Shown here piece after piece: positions 45,533 through 55,594 of a stretch of DNA of 64,000 nt (the stretch's first letter is position 1; each line of letters opens with the position of its first letter). Made by a program: the position numbers and the translations under genes. The DNA comes from Candidatus Levyibacteriota bacterium (GTDB lineage: Bacteria; Patescibacteriota; Microgenomatia; Levybacterales; UBA12049): positions 9,645-73,644 of the forward strand of contig JACPLG010000003.1 in the NCBI GenBank assembly GCA_016186625.1, read 5' to 3'. The notes below the pieces were generated by a model, which worked only from the letters and a program-made list of their open reading frames with translations, had not been told where the DNA came from and did no database searches.

Positions 45533-47338
45533 TCATTTCACAGTGACGCTTTTTGCTAAATTTCTTGGTTTATCCGGATCTTTAATACCACGAGAAAGTG
45601 CCAGATAATAAGCAAATAGCTGCGAAATTACGACTTGCGGAATAATTGTTGCTTCTGTAATATCGCGTGTTTGTAAAAATCTGTCAAACACATCACTTTT
45701 TCGCGGTCCAATGCCAATAATAAATCCTCCCCGTGCCTTAACTTCTTGCGCATTTGAAATAATATCGTCAAACGTCTCGTCATTTGGCGCAATAATGAAA
45801 ACCGGGGTACCTTTTTCAATAAGAGCAATTACCCCATGTTTTAATTCTCCACCCGCAAAGCCTTCAGCGTGAACATATGTAGTTTCTTTTATTTTTAAAG
45901 TCGCCTCAAGAGCTGTAGCATAAGACAGCCCGCGGCCTAGTATATAAATATGTTCTTTATTTTTAAACTCCAAGGCAAGCTTTTTGATATTTTTTGTGTA
46001 ATCTTCTTTAAGAATTTCCTCAACGTTTTTTGCTGCGGATAATAATAAGTTTTTGGCTTCTTTTTGTTTTTTAACCAGTGTATATGCTGTTAGAAAAAGA
46101 ACAGATATCATTGCGGTAAAGCTTTTTGTCCCAATAACTGCCTTTTCTGAACCTGCTCCTAACAACACTTTAAAATCTGATTGTCTATATAGTGTAGAAC
46201 CTAACACATTTACCAAAGACGCTACCTTAGATCCTTTTTGTTTTGCTCTATTAACAGGTTCAACAATATCAATTGTTTCTCCACTTTGGGAAATAGGAAT
46301 TACTAAGCTTTTTGGAGTTAAATAATTCTCAAGGTAATTAAACTCAGAACCAATTGAAAAATTTACGTGTCTTTTAGCAATACTTGAAAAAAGATAGGTA
46401 CCAAAAAGCCCAGCGTAAGAGGCAGTTCCACAGCCTAATAAAAATGTACCATATGATTCTTTTATAAGTTTCGCAAGCTTCTTTGTTTGATCGCTGTAAT
46501 TTAATGCGATATTACTGATAACCTGAGGTTGTTCATGGATTTCTTTTAACAAAAAATGCTCAAATCTACCTTTGATTGCGTCTTCAAACTTCCAGTCTAA
46601 AGTATTTACCGCTGGCTCAAGCTCTTCACCTTCTGGCAATTTTGTGAGTCTCAACTTTTTACCCAACATTACCATCTGATTGTCCTCGAGAAATACTATT
46701 TTATTCGTATGCTTTAGTATTCCTATAGCATCAGATGCAACATAAAATTCATTTTCTGAAACGCCAATTATTAAAGGGGAACCAGTTTTTGCAGCAGCAA
46801 TTTCATTTGTATCAGCGTTTATTGCAACAATCGCATTGAGTCCTTTGATTTGGTTAAACGCCAACCTAAACGCCTCAGTAAATCCTTTGCCTTGCAAGGT
46901 CTCACCTTTTGAGGCTAAATATTCCTCGATGAGGTGTGGAAATACTTCAGTATCGGTCTCGGAGAGAAAACTGTGTCCTTTTTTTAATAAAACTTCTTTT
47001 AACTCCTGATAATTCTCGATTATTCCGTTATGAACTACTGCAATATTTTTGGTGCAGTCCAAATGAGGGTGAGAATTTTCTTGCGTTACTCCTCCATGCG
47101 TTGCCCAGCGGGTATGACCGATTCCGAGGGCGCTTTGGGGTAAGTCAACTTTCGCATCCCCAATCTTCCCAACATGCTTTTCAACGGCTAAGAAACTTTT
47201 GACTTTTGCATTTTGACTTTTGACTTTCGTTGCTATTCCCCAGGAATCATAACCGCGATACTCCAAAAGACGAAGTCCTTCAAGAATCATTCCTGCTGCA
47301 TTTGTCTTTTTCCCAACGTAACCAAAAATCCCACACAT
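45533..47338 (-). CDS. glmS: Glutamine--fructose-6-phosphate aminotransferase
   Basis: MCGIFGYVG N-terminal nucleophile Cys; SIS domains; C-terminal ...KSVTVK. Start set at the Met before the Cys. Confidence 0.9.
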   Translation of the reverse strand: MCGIFGYVGKKTNAAGMILEGLRLLEYRGYDSWGIATKVKSQNAKVKSFLAVEKHVGKIGDAKVDLPQSALGIGHTRWATHGGVTQENSHPHLDCTKNIAVVHNGIIENYQELKEVLLKKGHSFLSETDTEVFPHLIEEYLASKGETLQGKGFTEAFRLAFNQIKGLNAIVAINADTNEIAAAKTGSPLIIGVSENEFYVASDAIGILKHTNKIVFLEDNQMVMLGKKLRLTKLPEGEELEPAVNTLDWKFEDAIKGRFEHFLLKEIHEQPQVISNIALNYSDQTKKLAKLIKESYGTFLLGCGTASYAGLFGTYLFSSIAKRHVNFSIGSEFNYLENYLTPKSLVIPISQSGETIDIVEPVNRAKQKGSKVASLVNVLGSTLYRQSDFKVLLGAGSEKAVIGTKSFTAMISVLFLTAYTLVKKQKEAKNLLLSAAKNVEEILKEDYTKNIKKLALEFKNKEHIYILGRGLSYATALEATLKIKETTYVHAEGFAGGELKHGVIALIEKGTPVFIIAPNDETFDDIISNAQEVKARGGFIIGIGPRKSDVFDRFLQTRDITEATIIPQVVISQLFAYYLALSRGIKDPDKPRNLAKSVTVK

Positions 47339-47441
47339 AAAACTAGCTACTAGCAACTAGCCATTAGCTACTAGTTTCGACATTATATAATAAAAACCGC
47401 TCCCCGCGGTCATTTTTTAGATTTTATCTTTAATTTTTTAT

Positions 47442-49385
47442 TTAGTTAACGACTTCGCCTTCAACAGGTTTATCCTCCGAAGCTTTAGCAGAGGAGGACT
47501 CATCCTTTTTTTCCTCCGAACTCGAACCGTCTCCGCTTGAAGCCGTTTGCCCATCCCCAGTTGTTTGTTGGGTGCTGTCTGTTGGCTGTTGTCCTTGGCT
47601 ATACATTTGCTGACCTACTTTTTGAAGACTGTCTGATAAATCTTTGGTTTTGGTCTCAATTTCTTCCTTTGCTCCAGTTATTAGACTATCTTTCAGCGCT
47701 TTTATTTTATCTTCAACCTCTTTTTTATCTTCTTCCGCTACTTTGTCGCCTGCATCTTTAAGAGTTTTCTCTGCTGTAAAAATCAGCGAATCTGCCTGGT
47801 TTCTGGTCTCAGCCGAAGTTCTTGCCTCCTCGTCTTCTTTAGCATGAGCCTCGGCGTCTTTGGTCATCTTCTCGATTTCTTCGTCCGTTAAACCAGTTGA
47901 GCCGGTGATTTTTATGCTTTGTTCTTTTCCAGTTGCTTTATCCGCTGCTTTTACATTTAAAATTCCATTGGCATCTATATCAAAAGTTACTTCAACTTGA
48001 GGAACGCCCCGGGGTGCAGGAGGAATTCCGTCCAAAATAAAGCGGCCAAGCGATTTATTATCCGCTGCCATTGCGCGCTCTCCCTGCAAAACATTAATTT
48101 CCACTTGCGTCTGATTATCTGCAGCCGTTGAAAAAACCTGAGATTTTGAAGTTGGAATTGTGGTATTTTTGGTAATTAGAGGTGTTGAGACTCCACCTAA
48201 GGTTTCTATTCCCAAAGTCAGAGGTGTTACATCCAAAAGAAGTACATCTTTTACTTCTCCGCCCAAAACTCCAGCTTGAACAGCAGCTCCAACTGCTACA
48301 ACTTCATCAGGATTAACGCTCTTATTAGGCTCTTTGCCAAAGAATTTGGTTACTGTTTCAACTATTTTTGGCATTCTGGTCATTCCCCCAACCAGAACCA
48401 CCTCATCAATATCTCCCACTTTTATTTTTGCATCTTTAAGTGCCGTCTCAACCGGTTTTAGGGTTTTTTGAATAAGAGGATCAACTATTTGCTCCAGTTT
48501 TGAACGGGATAGATTCATTGTCAAGTGTAGTGGACCGGATGCTCCCTGGGTTATAAATGGCTGGTTAATCTGGGCTTCTTGTGAGCTTGATAATTCTATC
48601 TTTGCTTTCTCCGCCGATTCTCTAAGTCTTTGAAGTGCTTGTGGATCTTTCCGCAAATCTACCTGATTTTCTTTTTGGAACTCCTCAGCAATGTAATCAA
48701 TTATTGCCTGATCAAAATCGTCCCCTCCCAAATGTGTGTCTCCATTTGTGGATTTAACTTCATAAACCCCTTCTCCAAGTTCCAATATTGAAATGTCAAA
48801 AGTACCACCGCCAAGATCATATACGGCAATTGTATGAGCATTCTTTTTGTCTAGACCATATGCAAGCGCCGCAGCTGTGGGTTCGTTAATAATTCGCAAA
48901 ACTTCAAGACCTGCAATTTCTCCAGCTTGTTTTGTGGCTTGACGCTGTGAATCATCAAAATACGCCGGGACTGTAATGACTGCTTGGGTAACTTTTGATC
49001 CAAGGTAAGCTTCTGCGTCAGCTTTAATTTTTTGTAAAATTTTGGCTGAGATTTCCTGAGGAGTAAATGTCCTTCCTTCAACTTCCACGTCAGCCATTCC
49101 ATCCCTGCCAGCCTTAATGGTGTAAGGAAGCCATTTGATATCAAACGCAACTGTTGAATCTTTAAACTTTCTTCCCATCAACCTTTTTATTGAAAAGATT
49201 GTAGTTCTTGGTTTTAGAACAAGCTGGCGTTTGGCCACATCGCCCACTACATGACTAATCGGATCAACCACTGATGGAATAACATTGCGGCCCTCCCGGG
49301 AGTGGATGACCTTAGGAGATCCTCCTTCCATAACCGCAACCGCTGAATTTGTTGTACCAAGGTCTATTCCTATAATCTTTGCCAT
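47442..49385 (-). CDS. dnaK: Chaperone DnaK (Hsp70)
   Basis: [14 protein letters not shown]; DLGGGTFD; canonical Hsp70 throughout. Confidence 0.95.
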   Translation of the reverse strand: MAKIIGIDLGTTNSAVAVMEGGSPKVIHSREGRNVIPSVVDPISHVVGDVAKRQLVLKPRTTIFSIKRLMGRKFKDSTVAFDIKWLPYTIKAGRDGMADVEVEGRTFTPQEISAKILQKIKADAEAYLGSKVTQAVITVPAYFDDSQRQATKQAGEIAGLEVLRIINEPTAAALAYGLDKKNAHTIAVYDLGGGTFDISILELGEGVYEVKSTNGDTHLGGDDFDQAIIDYIAEEFQKENQVDLRKDPQALQRLRESAEKAKIELSSSQEAQINQPFITQGASGPLHLTMNLSRSKLEQIVDPLIQKTLKPVETALKDAKIKVGDIDEVVLVGGMTRMPKIVETVTKFFGKEPNKSVNPDEVVAVGAAVQAGVLGGEVKDVLLLDVTPLTLGIETLGGVSTPLITKNTTIPTSKSQVFSTAADNQTQVEINVLQGERAMAADNKSLGRFILDGIPPAPRGVPQVEVTFDIDANGILNVKAADKATGKEQSIKITGSTGLTDEEIEKMTKDAEAHAKEDEEARTSAETRNQADSLIFTAEKTLKDAGDKVAEEDKKEVEDKIKALKDSLITGAKEEIETKTKDLSDSLQKVGQQMYSQGQQPTDSTQQTTGDGQTASSGDGSSSEEKKDESSSAKASEDKPVEGEVVN

Positions 49386-49483
49386 AATACTTTAATTTTC
49401 AATTATTAATTTCTAATTTTCAATCAATTATCAATGCTTAAATGTTTCATTGAAAATTCATTGTAAACTGAAATTGCAAATTG

Positions 49484-49924
49484 TTAATTAGTTTGCTTCC
49501 CGACAACCACCTGTGCTGGTCTCAGGATCTCACCATTTAGGCTAAACCCTGGTCTTATTTCTTCAAGTACCTTCCCTTCTTCTCCCTCTGCTACCCTCAC
49601 ACATTCCATAGTGTTGGGGTCAAACTCCTCAGTCTCCGTTTTCATTCTTTCTACTCCTTCTTCTGCGAGTATGTCTAAGAACTTTCGGATTGACAAGTCC
49701 AGTCCCTCATCTTGTATGTGTTTCTGTGCAAGAAAAAGAGTGTCCAAAACTGGTAAAAGTTTTGCAATTAAATTTTTATTTGCCACTCTTGCAAAAGACT
49801 GTCTCTCGTCTGAAATTCTTTTCTCAAGATTTTGATAGTCTGCAAGTGCTCTTTTTAACTGATTTTCAAGGTTCTCAAGTTCTTTATTTTCGATTTGTTC
49901 ATTTTTCTTATCATCTTTCTTCAT
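49484..49924 (-). CDS. grpE: Nucleotide exchange factor GrpE
   Basis: Coiled-coil N-terminus; C-terminal ...EGEEGKVLEEIRPGFSLNGEILRPAQVVV GrpE beta-domain. Confidence 0.85.
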   Translation of the reverse strand: MKKDDKKNEQIENKELENLENQLKRALADYQNLEKRISDERQSFARVANKNLIAKLLPVLDTLFLAQKHIQDEGLDLSIRKFLDILAEEGVERMKTETEEFDPNTMECVRVAEGEEGKVLEEIRPGFSLNGEILRPAQVVVGKQTN

Positions 49925-49985
49925 TTTCGTTCTAAATCGTATTTGCTATTTTCTATTTAATATTTTGTATCGAGCCTTTGGCTCG

Positions 49986-50717
49986 TTACCATCCGCGTGC
50001 TACTTCTTCTATTAAATTTCCAAAATATCTAACAGTTGGTACTATATAAGTGTAGTTTAAACGAGTTGGTCCTATTACTCCAATTTCTCCTCCAGTCTTT
50101 GCTGGAGTAATGTAATGCCTAAACACAAATCCGTATGGTCCAGAGAGTTTTGGGCCAAGTTCTTCTCCCATAAGAACTTGAATGTCTTCATCCTGACCTG
50201 CCGCTTCAAATAATGGCCTAAAACATTCAAATTCATCAATCGCTGAAAGAAGAGTTTTTGTTAGGTCTATGTCATAAAACTCTGGCATGTCCAGAATATT
50301 TGCATAGCCTGAAATGAAATATTCTCCTCCATCAGTTGCTGCAATTGCAACTGCTCCGGTTTTATTGGCAAGTGCCCGTGTAACTTCCTTGAGAAATTCA
50401 TGTTCCTTATCTCTAATATCCCAAACTTTTTCCTTCATTGAAACTTCTTCAGCAACTGAAAGTTCTTTCTCTTTCATCAGCTGCTTTACATAAAATTTCA
50501 TGGCAGCTGGTGTTGGAACTCTGCCTGATGAAATGTGCGTTTTCCTTAAGTATCCGTAGTTGGTCAAACGAACCATCTCATTTCGGATTGTTGCAGGAGA
50601 AGCTGACAATGAGTGTTTTTTCTCAAGCGTTTCGCTTCCCACTGGCTCTGCTGTTTCAATGTACTCTTCAATTAAAGATTTTAAAATCTCAATCTGCCTC
50701 TGTGTTAAATCATGCAT
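49986..50717 (-). CDS. hrcA: Heat-inducible transcription repressor HrcA
   Basis: LTQRQIEILKSLIEEYIETAEPVGSETL...ASPATIRNEMVRLTNYGYL is the HrcA wHTH N-terminus. Confidence 0.85.
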   Translation of the reverse strand: MHDLTQRQIEILKSLIEEYIETAEPVGSETLEKKHSLSASPATIRNEMVRLTNYGYLRKTHISSGRVPTPAAMKFYVKQLMKEKELSVAEEVSMKEKVWDIRDKEHEFLKEVTRALANKTGAVAIAATDGGEYFISGYANILDMPEFYDIDLTKTLLSAIDEFECFRPLFEAAGQDEDIQVLMGEELGPKLSGPYGFVFRHYITPAKTGGEIGVIGPTRLNYTYIVPTVRYFGNLIEEVARGW

Positions 50718-50792
50718 AGTTCCAACTAATAACTTCTAATTCCTAACTACTAATAGTTTATTTTTGGCTTATCAGAAATTAGTTGTTAGATG

Positions 50793-50832
50793 TTAGCAGT
50801 TGTCATTTTGACGATTCAAAATGACTTAGCAG
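50793..50832. promoter_or_regulatory. Inverted repeat GTCATTTTG-acgatt-CAAAATGAC flanked by direct TTAGCAG half-sites, 85-115 bp upstream of hrcA; CIRCE-like but non-canonical
   Basis: Read directly. The CIRCE consensus is TTAGCACTC-N9-GAGTGCTAA; only the TTAGCA half is shared. Confidence 0.3.
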
Positions 50833-50859
50833 TAATATACCACGTCTGCTAATTCATGT

Positions 50860-51060
50860 CAAGGAGGAAGATGCCAGACGGTATCTTCCGACGCAGACCC
50901 CGCATAAACGCCCCTTCGACGCGAGGACGCCACAGTGGGATACCCCACGTGGTTTCCCATAGACCTCGGGAGAAGGTAAGTTTTGTGCGGGGTCAAGGAA
51001 ATTTAAAGCCGAGCGGTAAGATATGGCGGGTCAAGACCCCGAGCTATAATGTTATACTAG
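50860..51060 (+). ncRNA. GC-rich, hairpin-rich ~200-nt region (candidate structured RNA or 5' leader); identity unresolved
   Basis: Local GC is far above the window average. Hairpin GGAAGA-tgccagacggta-TCTTCC and the palindrome CCACGTGG are present. The only ORF here (114 aa, R/P-rich) looks non-coding. Confidence 0.2.
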
Positions 51061-51064
51061 ATTT

Positions 51065-51430
51065 GTGGAGAAAACTAGGAGAAAAGTTCGGCCTATTGCC
51101 AGAAAAAGGCATAACTTTGTGTATCTTCTTCTTGCGATTTTATTTGCTATCGCTACTGGCTATATATTATATAACTTCTCACCGAGTCACGAGTTTATGA
51201 TTGCGAACATTGGAATACCGATTCTTCCAATTTTCTTTTTGTCCTTCGGTCTTCTTATTTTTTCAACCACAACTTTTCTTTTTATTCAAAAAAATCATGG
51301 GGTTATTATTACACTCCTTATCAGCGGGTATTTACTAATGAGAATAATTGGCCTCACCCACTGGCTTTTTTTAATTTTAACCCTCGCACTTTTTTTTACC
51401 ATTGAACTCTTCATCCTAAAGAAAAAATAA
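51065..51430 (+). CDS. Small polytopic membrane protein (121 aa)
   Basis: ORF track; 3-4 hydrophobic helices. Confidence 0.5.
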   Translation: MEKTRRKVRPIARKRHNFVYLLLAILFAIATGYILYNFSPSHEFMIANIGIPILPIFFLSFGLLIFSTTTFLFIQKNHGVIITLLISGYLLMRIIGLTHWLFLILTLALFFTIELFILKKK

Positions 51431-51600
51431 AACCTATAATTGGTAATACTTTTGCTATATATCCGTGGACTAGTCTATGAAACTATTAGTTACATTAGAC
51501 TACTAGCCTCAGTTCTGTTAAAATTCAATCTAGCCTCTACTAGATTTATCTGTTACAGATTTTAGTTATTAGCAGTTAGTTGTCAGTAGTTGGCATAACT

Positions 51601-53022
51601 ATGCCTAAATTTTATATAACAACAGCTATTCCTTATGTAAATGGTAGGCCTCATATTGGTCATACTTTGGAATATTTTCAGGCTGATGCAATTAAAAAAT
51701 ATAGACAGCTTTTGGGAGATGAAACTCTCCTTCTTTCAGGAGCAGATGAAAACGCGCTCAAAAATGTTCAGGCAGCTGAAAAAGAAGGCTTACCCATAAA
51801 AGAATTCTTGGATAAATATTCCAAAATTTGGAAAGACACATATGGGATTGTTGGGGTTAAGCTTGATGTTTTTCAAAGAGGATCTGATGAAGAAAAACAC
51901 TGGCCGGGAGTACAAAAACTTTGGAAACTTTGTGAAGAATCAGGCGACATTTACAAAAAATCATACCAAGGACTTTATTGTGTCGGTTGTGAGGCTTTTA
52001 AACTTGAAAGTGAACTGGTAGATGGTCTTTGTTCGATTCATCGAACAAAACCGGAAGAGATTTCTGAAGAAAATTATTTTTTCAGACTTTCGAAATATCA
52101 GGAAAAGTTAATAAAATTGATAGAATCCAATACGTTACAAATTATTCCTTCAAACAAAAGAGCTGAAGCGCTATCTTTTATAAAACAAGGGTTGGAAGAT
52201 TTTAGTGTTTCAAGAAGCAATGAACGAGCAAAAGGAGTAGGAGTACCGGTACCGGGTGATCCAAATCAAAAAATTTACGTCTGGTTTGACGCTCTAACTA
52301 TCTATATGACCGGAATTGGTTTTGGAGCGGACGAGAAAAAGTGGAAGTATTGGTGGCCGGCCGATGTTCATGTAATTGGAAAAGATATTAATAGGTTCCA
52401 CACTGTCTATTGGCCGGCAATGCTTCTTTCTGCTAGGTTTCCCCTTCCAAAACAAATTTTAATCCACGGGTTTGTGAATGCTAAGGGTGGAGAGAAATTT
52501 TCTAAATCTTTAGGTAATGCACCTGATCCCAAAGAAGTAATTGATAAATATGGAGTTGAGGCTGTCCGTTATTACATGCTTGCTCAAGTGCCAATTGATT
52601 CTGATCACGATTTTACATATGACCGATTTGAAGAAGTTTATAATGCGGATTTGGCAAATGGCTTGGGGAATTTAGTGGCAAGGGTTGCCAAACTTTGCGA
52701 GAAGATCAAACTTAATACACTTCCTAAACCAAAACTAAGTGAATCGTATAAACAGAAATTTGAACAATATAAATTTAACGAACAATTAGTAGAAATTTGG
52801 GCAAGGATTTCAGAAATTGATCGAGAGATTGAAAAAGCCAAACCCTGGGAAATTGATGATTTGAATAAACTTCAAGGATTACTGCAAAACTGGGTAGAGG
52901 AAATTAATCAAATCGCATTGGATCTAAAACCTTTTCTCCCAAATACGTCTAAAAAAATTCAAAAATTATTTGTCCAACCAAAAATTCAACCCATCCCCCC
53001 TCTTTTCCCAAGAATTCAATAG
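51601..53022 (+). CDS. metG: Methionine--tRNA ligase (short form)
   Basis: MPKFYITTAIPYVNGRPHIGH (HIGH motif); GGEKFSKSLGN (KMSKS). Confidence 0.9.
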   Translation: MPKFYITTAIPYVNGRPHIGHTLEYFQADAIKKYRQLLGDETLLLSGADENALKNVQAAEKEGLPIKEFLDKYSKIWKDTYGIVGVKLDVFQRGSDEEKHWPGVQKLWKLCEESGDIYKKSYQGLYCVGCEAFKLESELVDGLCSIHRTKPEEISEENYFFRLSKYQEKLIKLIESNTLQIIPSNKRAEALSFIKQGLEDFSVSRSNERAKGVGVPVPGDPNQKIYVWFDALTIYMTGIGFGADEKKWKYWWPADVHVIGKDINRFHTVYWPAMLLSARFPLPKQILIHGFVNAKGGEKFSKSLGNAPDPKEVIDKYGVEAVRYYMLAQVPIDSDHDFTYDRFEEVYNADLANGLGNLVARVAKLCEKIKLNTLPKPKLSESYKQKFEQYKFNEQLVEIWARISEIDREIEKAKPWEIDDLNKLQGLLQNWVEEINQIALDLKPFLPNTSKKIQKLFVQPKIQPIPPLFPRIQ

Positions 53023-54470
53023 GGTTTTTTGTGGATAGTATAGATAGTAGAAGAACCAAACTCTTTATATTTTTTAATTACTCCAAACTTCTCCATGTTT
53101 TCAAGCCCTTTAATAAAGTCTTCTCTGTTTGCCAAAAGATGAAGGATATTCCACTCGGGAGATGTATCTACAAACAGGTATTTAGGATCTCCTGCCCATT
53201 TGAACCATTCACAGTCCTCTTTGCCACAAGGAGATTTTTCTTTAAAGGTTCTTTTATCACCCCAGATGGTAACAATAAGCTCTCTATTTGAAATGTGAGG
53301 TGAAATATTTGTTTGAGTTGCTACATATGAATCTTTTGGAAGTGTTTTTATAGCAAGTTCGATATTTTCGATACCTGATGGCTTAGTCCAAAACCACTTT
53401 TTTGTAAGATAAGTAAGAGGTGCATGAAGCATATATGTTGTTAGTGCGGTGAAAAACAAAATATAGAGTGAGAAGAATTTATTGTTTAATTTCTTAAACT
53501 TTTCAATTACAAAAATTGTTGGCCAAATTAGAAGTATTGCACTTGAAAATCTATAGTGTTGGAAAATGCTGTGAGAGGAAGTTGCGGTATCATTCCCTAA
53601 AACAAAAAAATGTCCAAGATCGGCAATATAGGGAATAAGCATTAAAGGATTAAGTAGCGGAAGGTATCCGTATGAATTTAAAGTGTAAAAAAATACGTCT
53701 ATTTTTGCTTGTGTATTAAAAAAATTAAAAAGATTAATATTTGATATCAACCCTTCTGCGTTTGCGTACTGATAACCCAAAGTAAAATTTGGATAGTAAA
53801 TGAAAAAAATAAGAAATAAATAAATTACAGAGGCTAACATGAAAGAAAGATTAATTTTCCTTCTTGTTTTTATAAAATAAATAAAGGAAATAAAAAATAG
53901 CAACAGTCCCATATCCTCCTTGCTAGTGAGACTAAGAATAAAAAACAAAACTGAAAGCCATTTTCTATTGGTATCTAAGTAATAGATGAAAAAGGCCATG
54001 AAACTTAGGCCAAAAACTGAGCTATGAACATCCGACCAGAGTGCATTCTGCACTCCAAAAAACATGAAGTAAGAAATAAGAAGAGAAAGGGCTAAATAAA
54101 AGTTAATTTTATGCTTTCTAGCTAGCAAAAAAATGGGAATTCCGCTTAAAATTGCGGCAAGAACCTGAAGGAATAAAAGCATCCTCGCATCTCCCAATAT
54201 CCAATAAAAGGGTGCAATTAGCAAATAAACAAACTCAACATGATCGTAAAAAATGGGAATAAATGCATAAGCATGAACTGTTACAGTAGGTACTGTTAAT
54301 TGATTAAAGCCCCAAACTATCTGATTTTCTATAGAAAGATCATAGCCTGTCCAATAATGAGCATGCTTAACTAGTACTAAAGTTAGATATGCGAAGAAGA
54401 ATACAATTATTATAAAAAGAGGTAAATAAAATTCTCTATCTAATTTTAAAAACTTGGGAATATAATTCAC
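53016..54470 (-). CDS. Polytopic integral membrane protein (GT-C/DUF2079-like)
   Basis: ORF track; ~12 hydrophobic segments and a C-terminal soluble domain. Confidence 0.5.
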   Translation of the reverse strand: MNYIPKFLKLDREFYLPLFIIIVFFFAYLTLVLVKHAHYWTGYDLSIENQIVWGFNQLTVPTVTVHAYAFIPIFYDHVEFVYLLIAPFYWILGDARMLLFLQVLAAILSGIPIFLLARKHKINFYLALSLLISYFMFFGVQNALWSDVHSSVFGLSFMAFFIYYLDTNRKWLSVLFFILSLTSKEDMGLLLFFISFIYFIKTRRKINLSFMLASVIYLFLIFFIYYPNFTLGYQYANAEGLISNINLFNFFNTQAKIDVFFYTLNSYGYLPLLNPLMLIPYIADLGHFFVLGNDTATSSHSIFQHYRFSSAILLIWPTIFVIEKFKKLNNKFFSLYILFFTALTTYMLHAPLTYLTKKWFWTKPSGIENIELAIKTLPKDSYVATQTNISPHISNRELIVTIWGDKRTFKEKSPCGKEDCEWFKWAGDPKYLFVDTSPEWNILHLLANREDFIKGLENMEKFGVIKKYKEFGSSTIYTIHKKPY

Positions 54471-54535
54471 TTTTTAAATATTATATCCCATGTAATTACC
54501 AAATTCTCGTATTTTGGATGTATATTAAAATAAAT

Positions 54536-54691
54536 CTATGGGGTGGAAACACCCAAGACAGCTTGTCCTGTTGGGGTGTAAAGCAACAAAACTCCTATAA
54601 CTGCGCCAAGCATGACTGCCAGCAGAGAAAACATGACGACTCCCATAATATTTTGATTCGTATAAAGCTTAAAGCTTTTGTATTTAGCCAT
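54536..54691 (-). CDS. Possible small membrane protein (51 aa), below the ORF-track size cut-off
   Basis: Minus-strand translation gives MAKYKSFKLYTNQNIMGVVMFSLLAVMLGAVIGVLLLYTPTGQAVLGVSTP, hydrophobic. Confidence 0.2.
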   Translation of the reverse strand: MAKYKSFKLYTNQNIMGVVMFSLLAVMLGAVIGVLLLYTPTGQAVLGVSTP

Positions 54692-54755
54692 GTACATATA
54701 TCTTATCTAAACTGCAGATTTTGTCAAGAGGAAGTTAAGTTATATAATTTATCAA

Positions 54756-55583
54756 ATGATAGATGTACACTCTCATTTAAATTTCAAGGCATTTGCCAAC
54801 GACTTTGATCAAGTTATCAAGCAAGCTGAAAAAGACGGAGTTAAAACAATAATAAATGTTGGAACTTCAATAGAAACTAGCCTTAGGGCGGTGGAACTGA
54901 CAAACGCATATCACAACTTATATGCAATAGTTGGTATCCACCCCCATCATGCTGACCTGCCTGCCGGCAGGCAGGCAAACTCTCAAGAAGGATGGGAAGA
55001 AAAACTTTTCAAGCTTGCAAAATCTTCAAAAAAGGTTATCGCGATTGGCGAAATTGGATTAGATTATTATTCTTATAAATCAAACGGCATTGTTGATCCG
55101 AAGACTCAAAAAGAAGTTTTTATCAAACAAATTGAAATCGCTCACAAACTTAAACTCCCGCTTCAAATTCACAACAGGCTTGCAGGAAACGATATTATTG
55201 AAATAATAAATAATAAACTGTCACTAATAAATAATGGCGGTATGTTCCACTGTATGTCGGGTGATATCCCGTTTCTGAGACAAGTACTTGGTCTTGGATT
55301 TTATGTGGGTTTTGATGGAAATATTACTTATGAAGGCATTGCAAAAGGAGAAACAACGCCGCTTCCCGATCTTGTTAGGCAAACTCCAATCGAGCGAATT
55401 GTTACGGAGACTGACGCGCCGTTTTTAACTCCCGAGCCCCACAGAGGTGGTAGAAATATTCCATCTCATGTTATAATTGTGGCAGAAGAAATTGCCAAAA
55501 TTAAGGGTTTAGACTTCAAAGAAGTCGAGGCTGCAACAACCCGGAATGCCAAAGATCTGTTCAAACTAAACCCTAGACGCTAG
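54756..55583 (+). CDS. tatD: TatD family metal-dependent hydrolase (DNase), carrying the 20-bp palindrome in-frame
   Basis: MIDVHSHLNF (HxH); AIGEIGLDYY; FHCMSG; ETDAPFL. All are TatD motifs. Confidence 0.85.
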   Translation: MIDVHSHLNFKAFANDFDQVIKQAEKDGVKTIINVGTSIETSLRAVELTNAYHNLYAIVGIHPHHADLPAGRQANSQEGWEEKLFKLAKSSKKVIAIGEIGLDYYSYKSNGIVDPKTQKEVFIKQIEIAHKLKLPLQIHNRLAGNDIIEIINNKLSLINNGGMFHCMSGDIPFLRQVLGLGFYVGFDGNITYEGIAKGETTPLPDLVRQTPIERIVTETDAPFLTPEPHRGGRNIPSHVIIVAEEIAKIKGLDFKEVEAATTRNAKDLFKLNPRR

Positions 55584-55594
55584 ACGCTAATAAA

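Noticed and set aside
47442-50860. Canonical CIRCE element upstream of dnaK, grpE or hrcA
   Set aside because: I searched by eye for TTAGCACTC...GAGTGCTAA and did not find it; only the non-canonical palindrome at 50793-50832 is present.
50856-51200. 114-aa plus-strand ORF (MSRRKMPDGIFRRRPR...)
   Set aside because: Arg/Pro-rich translation of a GC-rich structured region; it overlaps the better-supported membrane-protein ORF 51065-51430; treated as non-coding and reported as an RNA candidate instead.
54518-54808. 96-aa plus-strand ORF overlapping the tatD start
   Set aside because: No protein-like features; it overlaps the tatD N-terminus in another frame and a more plausible small minus-strand membrane ORF.
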